Assembly (NCBI GenBank): GCA_963662655.2
Contig: CAXXTU010000002.1
Location: 2,144,001-2,208,000, forward strand
From: Candidatus Cloacimonadales bacterium
GTDB taxonomy: Bacteria > Cloacimonadota > Cloacimonadia > Cloacimonadales > JAIOQZ01
Reading direction: 5' to 3'
DNA: 64,000 nucleotides
Numbering within the stretch: the first letter of the stretch is position 1; each line of letters starts with the position of its first letter. The notes beneath the pieces were generated by a model, which was not told the origin of the DNA, made no database searches, and saw nothing but the letters and a program-made list of their open reading frames with translations. The position numbers were made by a program, and so were the translations under genes. Below, in pieces: positions 48,688 to 58,645 of this stretch.

Positions 48688-48748
48688 AGCAATCTCCTTC
48701 TGGTGCATAGTTGATATTCCGCAGTTTACTTACACGTTGTAATATCTT

Positions 48749-48776
48749 ATAATACTAAGGTTATTCTATTTGTCAA
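48749..48776 (-). promoter_or_regulatory. Sigma70-type promoter
   Basis: TTGACA-16 nt-TATTAT on the minus strand upstream of the 48687 gene. Confidence 0.55.
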
Positions 48777-48809
48777 GCGAAAATGAATGCCTAGTTTATT
48801 CATAAAAAA

Positions 48810-49190
48810 TCAAGGATCATCGCCATTTAAGTCCCCACCCCAACTGGGAAGACCATTCACATACCACCCATCGAAATAATCGCCAAAGCCGAAACTTTCT
48901 GTTGGCTGCCCAATGATCTCTTCCCCTCCAAAGTATATATATAAAATGTTCCTCCATCCGGATCGTCAGCATATCCATAGATGAAATCATCAAAACCGTC
49001 TGCATTGACAATCGTTACATAACAGTTCGATTTTATCCTCATCCTGAACAGACATATTGACTTTTTCTGCACCTCGTAACCTACCGGTAGTGCCTGTTTC
49101 TTTCAACCAATCGTAAACAAATTTCGGTATCAAGTGACTTCATCTCAAAGTTGCTTCTCTCTGGCACAGTCTGCATTTACTCATACTCAT
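48810..49190 (-). pseudogene. Chimeric remnant: HNH-like Zn-finger N-terminus (in-frame stop) joined to a frameshifted FG-GAP repeat fragment
   Basis: Manual translation gives MSKCRLCQREATLR*SHLIPKFVYDWLK...QDEDKIELLCNDC, then in other frames VNADGFDDFIYG...FYI/YFGGEE...GDLNGD. Confidence 0.7.
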
Positions 49191-49269
49191 AACCCATTGG
49201 GACGTCTTTGATGATCTCCCCGACCCTCCATCACAGAGCGTCGGGGTAATCGATAACAACCTTCCTCGC

Positions 49270-49827
49270 CTAATCCCTTCTGAACTTCTCCACGCCGAGT
49301 TTGTAGATGTCGTTGCCGGAGGTATCGTTGGCGACGATGCAGGGGAAGTCTTCCACTTTGAGTTCGCGGATGGCTTCGGGGCCGAGGTCGTCGTAGGCGA
49401 TGATTTTTGCTTCTTTGATCGACTTGGCGACCACCACCGCCGCGCCACCGATGGCAGCCAGATAAACGGCGTGGTTCTTCTTCATCGAATCCACAACCTT
49501 CTCGCCGCGCGGACCTTTACCGATCATGGCTTTCATGCCTGCGTCGAGCAGGGCGGGTGCGTAGGGATCCATGCGGTAACTGGTGGTCGGTCCGGCGGAA
49601 CCGATGGGCTTTCCGGGCGGCGCGGGAGCCGGTCCCACGTAGTAGATGACCGAGCCCTGGGCGTCGAAGGGAAGCGGTTTATTTTCGTCGAGCAGCGCCA
49701 CAAGCCGTTTGTGCGCGGCGTCCCGACCGGTGTAGATGATGCCTGACAGATAGACCTTGTCGCCCACTTCGAGCTTGTCGAGGTCTTCCGATTTCAAAGG
49801 AGTGTTCAGATAGACGGTCTTTGCCAT
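49270..49827 (-). CDS. Fe-S hydro-lyase beta subunit (class I fumarate hydratase/tartrate dehydratase beta)
   Basis: YTGRDAAHKR, GSAGPTTSYRMD, MIGKG, DLGPEAI. Confidence 0.92.
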   Translation of the reverse strand: MAKTVYLNTPLKSEDLDKLEVGDKVYLSGIIYTGRDAAHKRLVALLDENKPLPFDAQGSVIYYVGPAPAPPGKPIGSAGPTTSYRMDPYAPALLDAGMKAMIGKGPRGEKVVDSMKKNHAVYLAAIGGAAVVVAKSIKEAKIIAYDDLGPEAIRELKVEDFPCIVANDTSGNDIYKLGVEKFRRD

Positions 49828-49836
49828 GGTCTCTCC

Positions 49837-50553
49837 TTAAAGCTTGGTTGCTCTGACCCACAGGATGCGCGGCCCGGCGGGGACGGTCTTCGGTGGATCG
49901 TACATGTGACGGTAGGTATCGCCGTCGGGGCCCTTGGGAGCCGAGATCATGCGCTCGATGCGGAGTTTGTCCAGCAGATGCCTGTTGAGCTTCTTCACGG
50001 TGAGTGTGGTTGGCTCGGCAGCGCTCATCTCCTCCTCCAGTCCGAAGGATGCGACGAGCAGCGCGCCCGGCTTCATCACGCGCAGGATTTCCCGGCATGA
50101 GCTCTTGAGGTCGGAGCAGTGGTCCAGTGCGTTGATCACGAACATGACGTCGATGCTGCTTTCCGGCAGCGGGATATGCCGCTCGGTGTTGCATACATAG
50201 ACCATGTCATGCTGCGATATTCCCAGTTTCGCGTACTGGTCGACGAGCACGTCGATACCGATGCGCTGCCGGGCTTCCTTCGCCCAGCAGAGGCTTCCAC
50301 GCGGCCCGCAGCCGAAATCGGCCACGACCTTGTCGCGCAGGAATCCCGCATCGTTCTCGCCGGCCACCGCCAGCATCAATGGTTGATAGTGGTTGTTTGC
50401 GAAGGCGCCGCCTTCCTTCTCCCACTGCTCTTTCCAGTAGGTGAATTCCGCCCAGCGCTTGATCCGCGTCTTGAAGAACGGACGCAGAAAGGGCAGGGCG
50501 ATCAGCTTGAGGTTGCGGAAGAGCCGCGTTCTGCGGAAGGCGCTGAAGCTCAT
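49837..50553 (-). CDS. Class I SAM-dependent methyltransferase
   Basis: VADFGCGPRG, INALDH, ILRVMKPGA. Start trimmed to MSFSAF, with an ATGA overlap on the alpha-subunit stop. Confidence 0.82.
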   Translation of the reverse strand: MSFSAFRRTRLFRNLKLIALPFLRPFFKTRIKRWAEFTYWKEQWEKEGGAFANNHYQPLMLAVAGENDAGFLRDKVVADFGCGPRGSLCWAKEARQRIGIDVLVDQYAKLGISQHDMVYVCNTERHIPLPESSIDVMFVINALDHCSDLKSSCREILRVMKPGALLVASFGLEEEMSAAEPTTLTVKKLNRHLLDKLRIERMISAPKGPDGDTYRHMYDPPKTVPAGPRILWVRATKL

Positions 50554-51395
50554 ATCACCGCGCTCTTGTGCCGTGCCGCGTGGCACTGTACGTTGACCGC
50601 CACCGGCATGGAGGCGATGTGGCACGGTTTGTGGAGGATGCTCACGCCCAGCGCGGTGGTCCTGCCACCGAAGCCCTGCGGACCGATCCCCAGTTTATTG
50701 ACCTTCTCCAGAATCTCTTTCTCTACCTTCGCCCACTTCGAATCCGGATTCTCCTGATCCAGGGGACGCAGCAACGATTTCTTCGCGAGCAGCGCGCTCT
50801 GCTCGAAATTACCGCCAAGCCCGACGCCTACAACCACCGGCGGACAGGGATTGCCGCCCGACCGTCTGATGCGGTCCACCACGAATTCGATCACGCCTTC
50901 GATGCCGTCGGCGGCCTTCATCATCCTGACTTCGCTCATATTTTCGCTGCCGCCGCCCTTGGGCGCGACGGTGATCTTGAGGTTGTCACCCGGGACAATA
51001 TCGGTGTAGATCAATGCCGGCGTGTTGTCGCCGGTATTTTTCCGATCGATGATTGGGTCATTAACCAGCGATTTGCGCAGATAGCCGTCCTTGTAGCCCT
51101 GCCGGACTCCCTCGTTGATGGCCTCGACGAAATCGCCGCCTTCAATATGAACCTCCTGTCCCAGTTCGATGAAAACGACCGCCACTCCGGTATCCTGGCA
51201 GGATGGCATCTTCTCTTCCGCCGCCAGCTTGTAGTTATCGAGCATAATGTCCAGCACCTCGCGCGCGGTGTCCGATTCCTCGGCTTCGCGCATCTCTTTG
51301 ATGCGATTCAGGACATCCTCCCCGATGTAGTAGTTGGCGTCGATGCAAAGTTGCCGGACCACCGGAATGATCTCATTCACGTTGATGTTCCGCAT
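50550..51395 (-). CDS. Fe-S hydro-lyase alpha subunit (class I fumarate hydratase alpha)
   Basis: CQDTG, GYLRKS, PKGGGSEN, GNPCPP, GIGPQGFGG, CHIAS..VAVNVQCHA. Confidence 0.92.
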   Translation of the reverse strand: MRNINVNEIIPVVRQLCIDANYYIGEDVLNRIKEMREAEESDTAREVLDIMLDNYKLAAEEKMPSCQDTGVAVVFIELGQEVHIEGGDFVEAINEGVRQGYKDGYLRKSLVNDPIIDRKNTGDNTPALIYTDIVPGDNLKITVAPKGGGSENMSEVRMMKAADGIEGVIEFVVDRIRRSGGNPCPPVVVGVGLGGNFEQSALLAKKSLLRPLDQENPDSKWAKVEKEILEKVNKLGIGPQGFGGRTTALGVSILHKPCHIASMPVAVNVQCHAARHKSAVI

Positions 51396-51416
51396 AAGCA
51401 TCTCCTTGTGGGGTTG

Positions 51417-52292
51417 TTATGGTTTCGTGAGTCTATTCTTTGCCGTCGTTCCGATCTCCGCCGGTGAATCGACCACCGATACACCCGCGGCCCGGAGCGC
51501 GTCCATTTTCTCCTTTGCTGTACCCTTGCTTCCGGCGATGATCGCGCCGGCGTGTCCCATGCGCTTGCCCTTGGGAGCGGTTTGCCCGGCGATGAAAGAG
51601 ATCACCGGCTTGGTCACGTTATCCTTGATGTAGCTCGCCGCCTGGATTTCGAGGTCGCCGCCGATCTCGCCGATCATAACGATGGCGTCCGTCTCGGGAT
51701 CGTTCTCGAACATCTTCAGGAGATCGATGAATCCGGTTCCGATGATGGGATCGCCGCCAATACCCACCGCGGTGGAAACGCCCAGTCCGGCTTGAACCAC
51801 CTGATTGGCCGCTTCGTATGTGAGGGTCCCGGATTTACTGATAACGCCCACGCGTCCCTTTTTGAAGACAAATCCGGGCATGATGCCGATCTTGGCTTCG
51901 TTCGGTGTTATGATGCCGGGGCAGTTGGGCCCGACAAGCCGTACGCCACGCGCATTGCAGAGCTTTTTGGCGATCATCATGTCTTTTACGGGAATGCCTT
52001 CCGTGATGCAGACGATCACTTCGACGCCGGCTTCAGCGGCTTCCATGACCGCGTCCGCTGCGAATTTGGGCGGAACGAAGATGAGAGAGACATTCGCGCC
52101 GGTGGCTTCCACGGCGTCCCTGCATGTGTCGAAAACAGGCTTGCCGAGGTGCTCCTGGCCGCCCTTGCCCGGTGTCACGCCACCGACTACGTTGGTGCCG
52201 TACTCGATGCACTGCTCTGCGTGGAAGGTTCCCTCTTTACCGGTGAATCCCTGAACGATGACTTTCGAATCTTTGTTGACCAGTATCGACAT
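51417..52292 (-). CDS. sucD: Succinyl-CoA synthetase alpha subunit
   Basis: Start trimmed to [31 protein letters not shown]. Confidence 0.97.
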   Translation of the reverse strand: MSILVNKDSKVIVQGFTGKEGTFHAEQCIEYGTNVVGGVTPGKGGQEHLGKPVFDTCRDAVEATGANVSLIFVPPKFAADAVMEAAEAGVEVIVCITEGIPVKDMMIAKKLCNARGVRLVGPNCPGIITPNEAKIGIMPGFVFKKGRVGVISKSGTLTYEAANQVVQAGLGVSTAVGIGGDPIIGTGFIDLLKMFENDPETDAIVMIGEIGGDLEIQAASYIKDNVTKPVISFIAGQTAPKGKRMGHAGAIIAGSKGTAKEKMDALRAAGVSVVDSPAEIGTTAKNRLTKP

Positions 52293-52293
52293 G

Positions 52294-53463
52294 CTACGCT
52301 CCTTTCGCTGCCTGAACCGCTTTCTTTGCGCCGTCGGCAAGGTCGCTCGCGGTGATGATGTTTTCGATGGTCGATGCCTTAAGGATTTCAGCGGCTTCCT
52401 TCGCGTTGGTTCCGTCAAGCCTCACGATGATCGGAACTTTGACTTCCGTCACCTGCGTCGCTTCCAGAATGCCGTTCGCAATGCGGTCACAGCGCACGAT
52501 TCCGCCAAAAATGTTCACGAAGATCGCCTTCACGTTGGGATCGCGCAGAATGATCTCGAAGCCCTTGGCGACCGTCTCCGCGCTGGCTCCGCCGCCAACG
52601 TCCAGGAAGTTCGCCGGTTCGCCGCCGGAGAGTTTTATTATATCCATCGTAGACATCGCCAGCCCCGCGCCGTTGACCATGCAACCGACGTTGCCGTCCA
52701 GCTTGACGTAGCTGAGGCCGTAGTTGCCGGCCTCGGTCTCGGTGGGCTCTTCCTCGTCCAGATCGCGCATCTCCTCGATAGCCGGATGGCGGTAGAGCGC
52801 GTTGTCGTCGAAATTCATCTTTGCGTCGAGCGCGATGAAGCGGTCGTCGCCGGTGAGCACCAGCGGATTGATCTCGATGAGGCTGGCGTCGTTCTCGATG
52901 TAAACCTTGTAAAGCGCTTGCACGAACTTCCCGAAGTCCTTCATCTGCGCGGAGGTAAGGTTCAATCCGAACGCCAGCTCACGCGCGTGGAACGACTGGA
53001 AGCCGGTCAGCGGATCGACTCCGACCTTGATGATCTTCTCGGGCGTCTCGGCAGCAACCTTTTCGATCTCCATTCCGCCTTCAGTCGAGGCAATGAAGAC
53101 CGGCATTTCTCTTGCACGGTCCAGTACCACGCCGAGGTAGTATTCCTTCGCGATATCCGCGGCTGCCTCGATGTAGAGCTTCTTGACCAGCTTGCCCTGC
53201 GGTCCCGTCTGGTGCGTGACCAGCGTCATGCCCAGGATCGCATCCGCGTGCTGTTTCACTTCATCCAGCGTCTTGGCCAGCTTCACGCCGCCGCCTTTAC
53301 CGCGACCACCCGCATGGATCTGCGCTTTGACCACCCATTTCTCACCGCCGATTTCCTTTGCGGCTTCCACCGCTTCATCGACCGTGAACGCTACCTTCCC
53401 CTTGCTCAGGGGAACGCCGTACTTCGCGAAAATCTCTTTCGCCTGATACTCGTGAATGTTCAT
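52294..53463 (-). CDS. sucC: Succinyl-CoA synthetase beta subunit
   Basis: [44 protein letters not shown]. Confidence 0.97.
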   Translation of the reverse strand: MNIHEYQAKEIFAKYGVPLSKGKVAFTVDEAVEAAKEIGGEKWVVKAQIHAGGRGKGGGVKLAKTLDEVKQHADAILGMTLVTHQTGPQGKLVKKLYIEAAADIAKEYYLGVVLDRAREMPVFIASTEGGMEIEKVAAETPEKIIKVGVDPLTGFQSFHARELAFGLNLTSAQMKDFGKFVQALYKVYIENDASLIEINPLVLTGDDRFIALDAKMNFDDNALYRHPAIEEMRDLDEEEPTETEAGNYGLSYVKLDGNVGCMVNGAGLAMSTMDIIKLSGGEPANFLDVGGGASAETVAKGFEIILRDPNVKAIFVNIFGGIVRCDRIANGILEATQVTEVKVPIIVRLDGTNAKEAAEILKASTIENIITASDLADGAKKAVQAAKGA

Positions 53464-53697
53464 AGTGTGTCCTTTCCAACATAGTGTATATGTGCATTAA
53501 TAGTATTGTAGGCATTGATATGTATAATCTTAAATATTTCAGGATGATTCATCTTCAGTAAAACATCCCCCTTTCGCTTCCTTGGAAATTTATTGTTAAA
53601 CGACAGAGTTTTAGCAGGTGTGTCAAGGTTTTTTGGAAGAATCTGGGCTAAAGGCGGAAATCGAACAATTTCAATGTCCGAAAGAACAAGCCGATAT

Positions 53698-53731
53698 AAA
53701 AAAGAGCGAAGCCAGGTATCCGGCTTCGCTC
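53698..53731 (-). terminator. Intrinsic terminator after the GLUG protein
   Basis: GAGCGAAGCC/GGCTTCGCTC 10-bp stem followed by a T tract on the minus strand. Confidence 0.75.
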
Positions 53732-53776
53732 CATAATTCAGTGCTCAGTTTATCTGAGACTCCGCCTCATCTCACC

Positions 53777-56776
53777 CTAACGAGCAGACTCCGATTCATT
53801 CGCATCGTTGTTCTGAGTGGATATCTGAGGCGGCGCGCCTACGCAGGTCAGCACCTTATAGAACATGCTCGCGTTGGAAAGCGTTACGTTGGCATGTGTG
53901 AAGGTGAGATCGGTCGTAAGGCCGAGGAAGATATAATCATCCGTGGCAGCGTCGGGAATAACGCTGTAGAGCACGATGTAACCGGTGGGCACAATCGAAA
54001 CACCATCGGTATTTTCGGTAACAGGACTCCAGCTCAGATTGACGTCATTACCGCTCTTCTGGATATGAATATTCTGCGGCGCAAGGGGACCCACAGGGAT
54101 ACCGTAACCGGTAAGGGATACCTCGAATATTGCGCTGCTGTAATTGTTGGATTCGATTTGCAGAAGGTCTGTCAATGTACCTGAATTCATGGGCTGAAAC
54201 GACAATGTTATCTCCTGCGATTCGAAAGGCAGGATGCTCAGCGGCGTTTCCGTCTCGATTCCGAAACCTAAACTCCCGTCGGCAAAGCTGAATTGCGTAA
54301 TGACCAATACCGCGTCGCCATCGTTGTGGATCGTCAACGGCATGGTCGAGGCCGCCTGACCGAGATAATGGTTACCGAAATCGATTTCCGGCACCTCGTT
54401 GCGTATCACTGCACGATCGCCAACGACAATCAGATACGGGAAGCTCCCCATGCCCCAGTAATCGTTTGTCCCGTTCCCGGTCTCACCGATAAAATCCCAG
54501 CCAGCGTCCGTAAAGATCGATTGATCACGCATCTGCGCTGTTGTGAGCCCTGTTCCTGGATCGCCTTCTCCGCCAAAACTCCAGCCGCTGGTCTCGGTGT
54601 TCCAGAAGCATGATGTCCAGGAGTCGGAACTCGCGTAACCCGTCAATCCACCGGGGCTGTTCTGCCCGGTTACATAGCCACTTGAAAAACATCTGGTAAC
54701 GCCGTCCGGGATCGAACTTGCGCTATACCCAATCAATCCCCCGGCGTAATTGGTGCCAGTTACATCTCCGGTCACGAAGCAATCGGAGACACATAAGCTC
54801 GATTCACTCACGTGATATCCGATCAATCCGCCCACATCCTCATAGCCGCTCACGTCGGCTGTTGAAAAGCACAGGTAAACCCGGTTATTGTTGTAGCCAA
54901 CCACGCCACCAACATCTCTATGACCGGAAACGCTTCCTGCCGAATTGCAATACCGCACCTCGCTGTCAAATGACCTTCCGACAATCCCGCCTGTTGAATT
55001 CAGGCCATGCACGACTCCGTTGAATCGGCAATGATCGACGGTTCCGTTGTACAAGTAGCTTACCATGCCACCGACGGTAATATAGGAAGAATAGACTGTT
55101 CCCGAAGCAGAGCAATCGGTGATTATCGAAAAGCCACACTGGCTTGCCAAAGCGCTTGTATTGGCATTTCCTCGTACATATACATCAGGCAGATTTACGC
55201 GGCTTATCTCCGCGTAGTAGGTCATACCAAACAAGCCCTGGTAATACGATGTGGGACGATTGATATACAGATTGCTGATCGAATAGCCCTGCCCATCGAA
55301 ATTGCCACTGAAACTCGTATCCGTATTGCCGATCGGCATCCATCCGGTGTTTTCGTTCCAGGTCGCGGTTTCGGAAGCGTCGATATCAGCGGTCTGAATG
55401 AACCATTTATTCCAGAGAACCGGTAAGCTCTGCAACCACTTCAGCTTGGAGAGGTTGTCGATCTGAAACGGATCAACTCCGGTTCCTGCTCCCAACACCG
55501 GCGCACCGTATGCCAGATATTGACATTCTCCCGTGATGACAATCTCGACGGGCTCCAGTGGAGCTACCCAGGAGACGACCAGCGTATCGCAGAAATCGAC
55601 ACCGTCGCTCGGATCAAAGTATATATTGAAGTTATATGATTCGCCAGTTGCGATCGCGATAGGAAAATCCTGCCCGGCGATGGTGAAACCCTGGCTGCCG
55701 CTTTGTAAAATCATGTTGTCCACAGAAAGGCCAGCCGGCCAGTTGTTGGTGATCGATACCATCAAAGTATCGACTTCACCAAATGCTACAGCGCCGAAAT
55801 CCACGGAACTGGGATTGAAGGTATAGAAATCCGGAATGATCGGCCAGTTCAGGAAGGGATAGCCATCGTTGGTCGCGCTTTCCATCGCCCAGTGATTCAC
55901 GAAATCCCAGCCGGCATTGACGAAGGTCGAATCCGCCTGCATTTGTTCCGTGGTCAACCCTGTACCGCCGCTACTCGCGGCCTGACCGCTGGTCTCGGTA
56001 TTCCAGAAGCATCCGGTGGCAGTCCCGGAATTTGATCCCGTGAGGCCGCCCGTGCTCGATGAACCCGTAACATGACCGGTCGAATAGCAGTTGAGAATCG
56101 TTCCCTCCTGTCTTCCGACACATCCGCCAACAGCGCTATAGCCCCTGACGTTTCCCCGGGCATAGCTGTCACTGACCGTTCCCGAGTTTTGGCCAACAAG
56201 GCCACCAACATACCTTTCCCCATCGACGAAAGCATTGGAGAAGCAATCGGTCATTGAGTAATCGGACAAAAAGGATCCTGCCAGCCCACCGACAAAGGAA
56301 TCACCCTGCACGACACCTTCAGTATGGCAGTTGCGAATAGTTGAATTGCAATAGCCTGTAAGAATCCCAATCCTATCCTCTCCGCTGATTATAGCGTCGA
56401 CCAGATTCAGATCTGATATCTCGGCAAACATCGTAAAGCCGATGAAGCCCTGATTGTTACTTTCCGGACGATGGATATACAACCCGGTAATCGTGTGCCC
56501 CTGTCCGAGGTAGTGCCCATAGAAATAATACGTGGAGTTGCCGATCGGACTCCAGCCCTGGCCGTTGTTCCACGTCGAAGTAGCGCTGGCGTCGATGTCG
56601 GCTACCTGGATATACCAGCGTCCCCACTGATACTGGTTTTCGCTCATCCACTGGAGGTTGCCCAGTGAAGAGATTTGATAAGGATTGGATTCGGTTCCAA
56701 CACCATATGGCGGAATCGCCGTTGCACTCGCGGCAACGATAATGGCAAGATACACAAGAGTTAATGTGACCCTCAT
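53777..56776 (-). CDS. Secreted surface protein: 2 x (GLUG-motif beta-helix + choice-of-anchor-D/Ig) plus C-terminal FN3-like domain
   Basis: Signal peptide, duplicated GT..PYQI...L...QTADIDAS.T.TWN...GW.PIG modules, VGGLVG repeats, VDFG/IDFG Ig starts, APQNI...VNLSWSPV tail. Confidence 0.8.
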   Translation of the reverse strand: MRVTLTLVYLAIIVAASATAIPPYGVGTESNPYQISSLGNLQWMSENQYQWGRWYIQVADIDASATSTWNNGQGWSPIGNSTYYFYGHYLGQGHTITGLYIHRPESNNQGFIGFTMFAEISDLNLVDAIISGEDRIGILTGYCNSTIRNCHTEGVVQGDSFVGGLAGSFLSDYSMTDCFSNAFVDGERYVGGLVGQNSGTVSDSYARGNVRGYSAVGGCVGRQEGTILNCYSTGHVTGSSSTGGLTGSNSGTATGCFWNTETSGQAASSGGTGLTTEQMQADSTFVNAGWDFVNHWAMESATNDGYPFLNWPIIPDFYTFNPSSVDFGAVAFGEVDTLMVSITNNWPAGLSVDNMILQSGSQGFTIAGQDFPIAIATGESYNFNIYFDPSDGVDFCDTLVVSWVAPLEPVEIVITGECQYLAYGAPVLGAGTGVDPFQIDNLSKLKWLQSLPVLWNKWFIQTADIDASETATWNENTGWMPIGNTDTSFSGNFDGQGYSISNLYINRPTSYYQGLFGMTYYAEISRVNLPDVYVRGNANTSALASQCGFSIITDCSASGTVYSSYITVGGMVSYLYNGTVDHCRFNGVVHGLNSTGGIVGRSFDSEVRYCNSAGSVSGHRDVGGVVGYNNNRVYLCFSTADVSGYEDVGGLIGYHVSESSLCVSDCFVTGDVTGTNYAGGLIGYSASSIPDGVTRCFSSGYVTGQNSPGGLTGYASSDSWTSCFWNTETSGWSFGGEGDPGTGLTTAQMRDQSIFTDAGWDFIGETGNGTNDYWGMGSFPYLIVVGDRAVIRNEVPEIDFGNHYLGQAASTMPLTIHNDGDAVLVITQFSFADGSLGFGIETETPLSILPFESQEITLSFQPMNSGTLTDLLQIESNNYSSAIFEVSLTGYGIPVGPLAPQNIHIQKSGNDVNLSWSPVTENTDGVSIVPTGYIVLYSVIPDAATDDYIFLGLTTDLTFTHANVTLSNASMFYKVLTCVGAPPQISTQNNDANESESAR

Positions 56777-56917
56777 TCTTACTCCATAATTTTTTTATTC
56801 AAATCGGTGCGAACAAGAATTAAAGTGTCAAATAAATCATGACGATTGTATTAATATTCTTTATGAACGCAATTCACATATTAACAAAACCCGTTCTGCA
56901 GGCTCGTCGAGGTCACA

Positions 56918-57532
56918 TCATCGCTTGCCTTTCCACGCCTCATTAACGACCGGATTCTTCTCGAAGAATTTCCGACGAATCTCACGATCCACTCGATTGA
57001 GCGGACAGGCGAAGTTCATGCAGCGGTTGCAAAAATAGTTTCGCAACATGAGAATTGCAAAGATCAACGCCAGCGCGTATCCGACAACCCAGTAGTTACC
57101 GTGGGCGCGCAAACCCAGCACGACTGGAAAGAATACGATAACAAAGAATCCCAGGAAGAAGAAGAATTTCTCCGTCATACTCATCGGCCCCGGGCGATAC
57201 TTCCACTTCTTCGGGGAACCATAGTTCGCCCAGCACTTGAGAGATTTAAGTCCCGGCTCCGCGTAGTGCGGACAGTGGGAGCACATCACCCGGATCTCCA
57301 CGAAACCGAAGAAGATCACGCAGAGCCCAAGCCAGGAGATCAGGTTGATGGGATTGTTCAGCACAATCAGGACGATACCGAGCGTAAATGCCGGCAGCAT
57401 CGCGAGAAGGAACCGGGCGAGTTGTTTTCCAGTGAAATGGCATACGACCTTTCCCGGCATATCGCAGCCGTCGCAGCTCGTTTCTTTGCAGGTTGAAAGC
57501 GGCTTCTTCGGATCTAGAAATTTTTCGGGCAT
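56918..57532 (-). CDS. Cys-rich four-TM membrane protein
   Basis: CKETSCDGC...CHF, CSHCPHY...C, CNRCMNFACPLN clusters separated by TM pairs. Start trimmed to MPEKF (AAGGAG RBS). Confidence 0.7.
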   Translation of the reverse strand: MPEKFLDPKKPLSTCKETSCDGCDMPGKVVCHFTGKQLARFLLAMLPAFTLGIVLIVLNNPINLISWLGLCVIFFGFVEIRVMCSHCPHYAEPGLKSLKCWANYGSPKKWKYRPGPMSMTEKFFFFLGFFVIVFFPVVLGLRAHGNYWVVGYALALIFAILMLRNYFCNRCMNFACPLNRVDREIRRKFFEKNPVVNEAWKGKR

Positions 57533-57725
57533 GGCGTTCTCCTTGTTCCTGCGGTGGCAGGGCCCAGTCAATATTCTTAATCACAATGATGCCAGAGAAT
57601 TCTGCATTGTGTCAACTGAAAAAGCGTCCCACCTTATTATCTTTTCATTTGACATCAACACTCGGCACCGTAATTTTTCTGTAATTCACAAATCAAGATG
57701 AACATTATACACGAAAGGATATCCC

Positions 57726-58496
57726 ATGAAAACAAGATTTCTGTTAATCGCCGTACTTGCAGCGCTCCTTCTTGCAGGCTGTACTCCTCGTGAGAAATAC
57801 GACAACCTCCAGCAACTCGCGGAGAAAGAGTTTGCCGTCCCCAACGGAACCATCGCCGATCAACTGGTGCTCACGAAATTCCCGAACGCCACGTTCAAGT
57901 ACTTCAATACGGTGCTGGATTGCTCTATGGCCGTCAAGACCGGCAAGGCGGACGCCGTTGCCTACGATGAACCGCTGCTTCGCAACATTGCCGCGAACAT
58001 CCCGGGACTCAAGGTTCTTCCGGACATGATCACGATCGACCACTACGGGTTTGCAGTGCGTCTGGGCGAAGACGTCCTCAAGCAGGGAATCGACGAGGTG
58101 CTGGACGAGATCAACGCCAACGGTTACTACGACGGCATGATGAAACGCTGGTTGCCGGAAGAAGGTAAACCCGCGCCCATGCCGGAGATCGCGCTGGAGG
58201 ACAGCGACGACGTTCTCGTGTTTGGGACTTCAGCCACCACGGAGCCGTTCTCCTTTGTGACCGACGGGCAGAACATCGTGGGCATCGATATCGAGATTGC
58301 GAAGCTGGTGGCAAAGCACATGAACAAGAAGCTGGATATTGTGAACATGGATTTCAGCGCGCTCATTCCTGCGCTGGCAGCGGGTAAGGTCGATATGATC
58401 GGCGCGTGTATCACCATCTCCGAGGAGCGCAAGCAGAAGGTTCTTTTCTCCAAGCCGTACTACACCGGTGGCATCGCCGCGCTGGTGCAAGAGTAA
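57726..58496 (+). CDS. Polar amino-acid-binding lipoprotein (SBP family 3), circularly permuted
   Basis: Lipobox LAG-C. The normally N-terminal block (VFGTSATTEPF...GIDIEIA...DFSALIPAL..GKVD...TISEER...FSKPYY) lies at the C-terminus. Confidence 0.82.
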   Translation: MKTRFLLIAVLAALLLAGCTPREKYDNLQQLAEKEFAVPNGTIADQLVLTKFPNATFKYFNTVLDCSMAVKTGKADAVAYDEPLLRNIAANIPGLKVLPDMITIDHYGFAVRLGEDVLKQGIDEVLDEINANGYYDGMMKRWLPEEGKPAPMPEIALEDSDDVLVFGTSATTEPFSFVTDGQNIVGIDIEIAKLVAKHMNKKLDIVNMDFSALIPALAAGKVDMIGACITISEERKQKVLFSKPYYTGGIAALVQE

Positions 58497-58518
58497 TCGA
58501 TTTTCGCATCAAGCTTTG

Positions 58519-58542
58519 AACGCCGGCCCAAGTCGGCGTTTT
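58519..58542 (+). terminator. Intrinsic terminator
   Basis: AACGCCGGC-loop-GTCGGCGTT-TT. Confidence 0.65.
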
Positions 58543-58645
58543 ATATTACCAAGAAAAATGCAGACTGCTGATAGCAAGGCTATCGCCTACCCGGCGAATA
58601 GGTATGGCGGGGTGGTATATTGATTATCGCATATCCTGTTATGAA

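Noticed and set aside
49140..49142. Recoded TGA (Sec/Trp/Gly) in the HNH-like frame
   Set aside because: TGA terminates many intact genes here and the frame is truncated shortly afterwards, so a pseudogene is simpler
52258..53484. 408-aa plus-strand ORF
   Set aside because: Antisense shadow of sucC caused by codon bias. No motifs or RBS.
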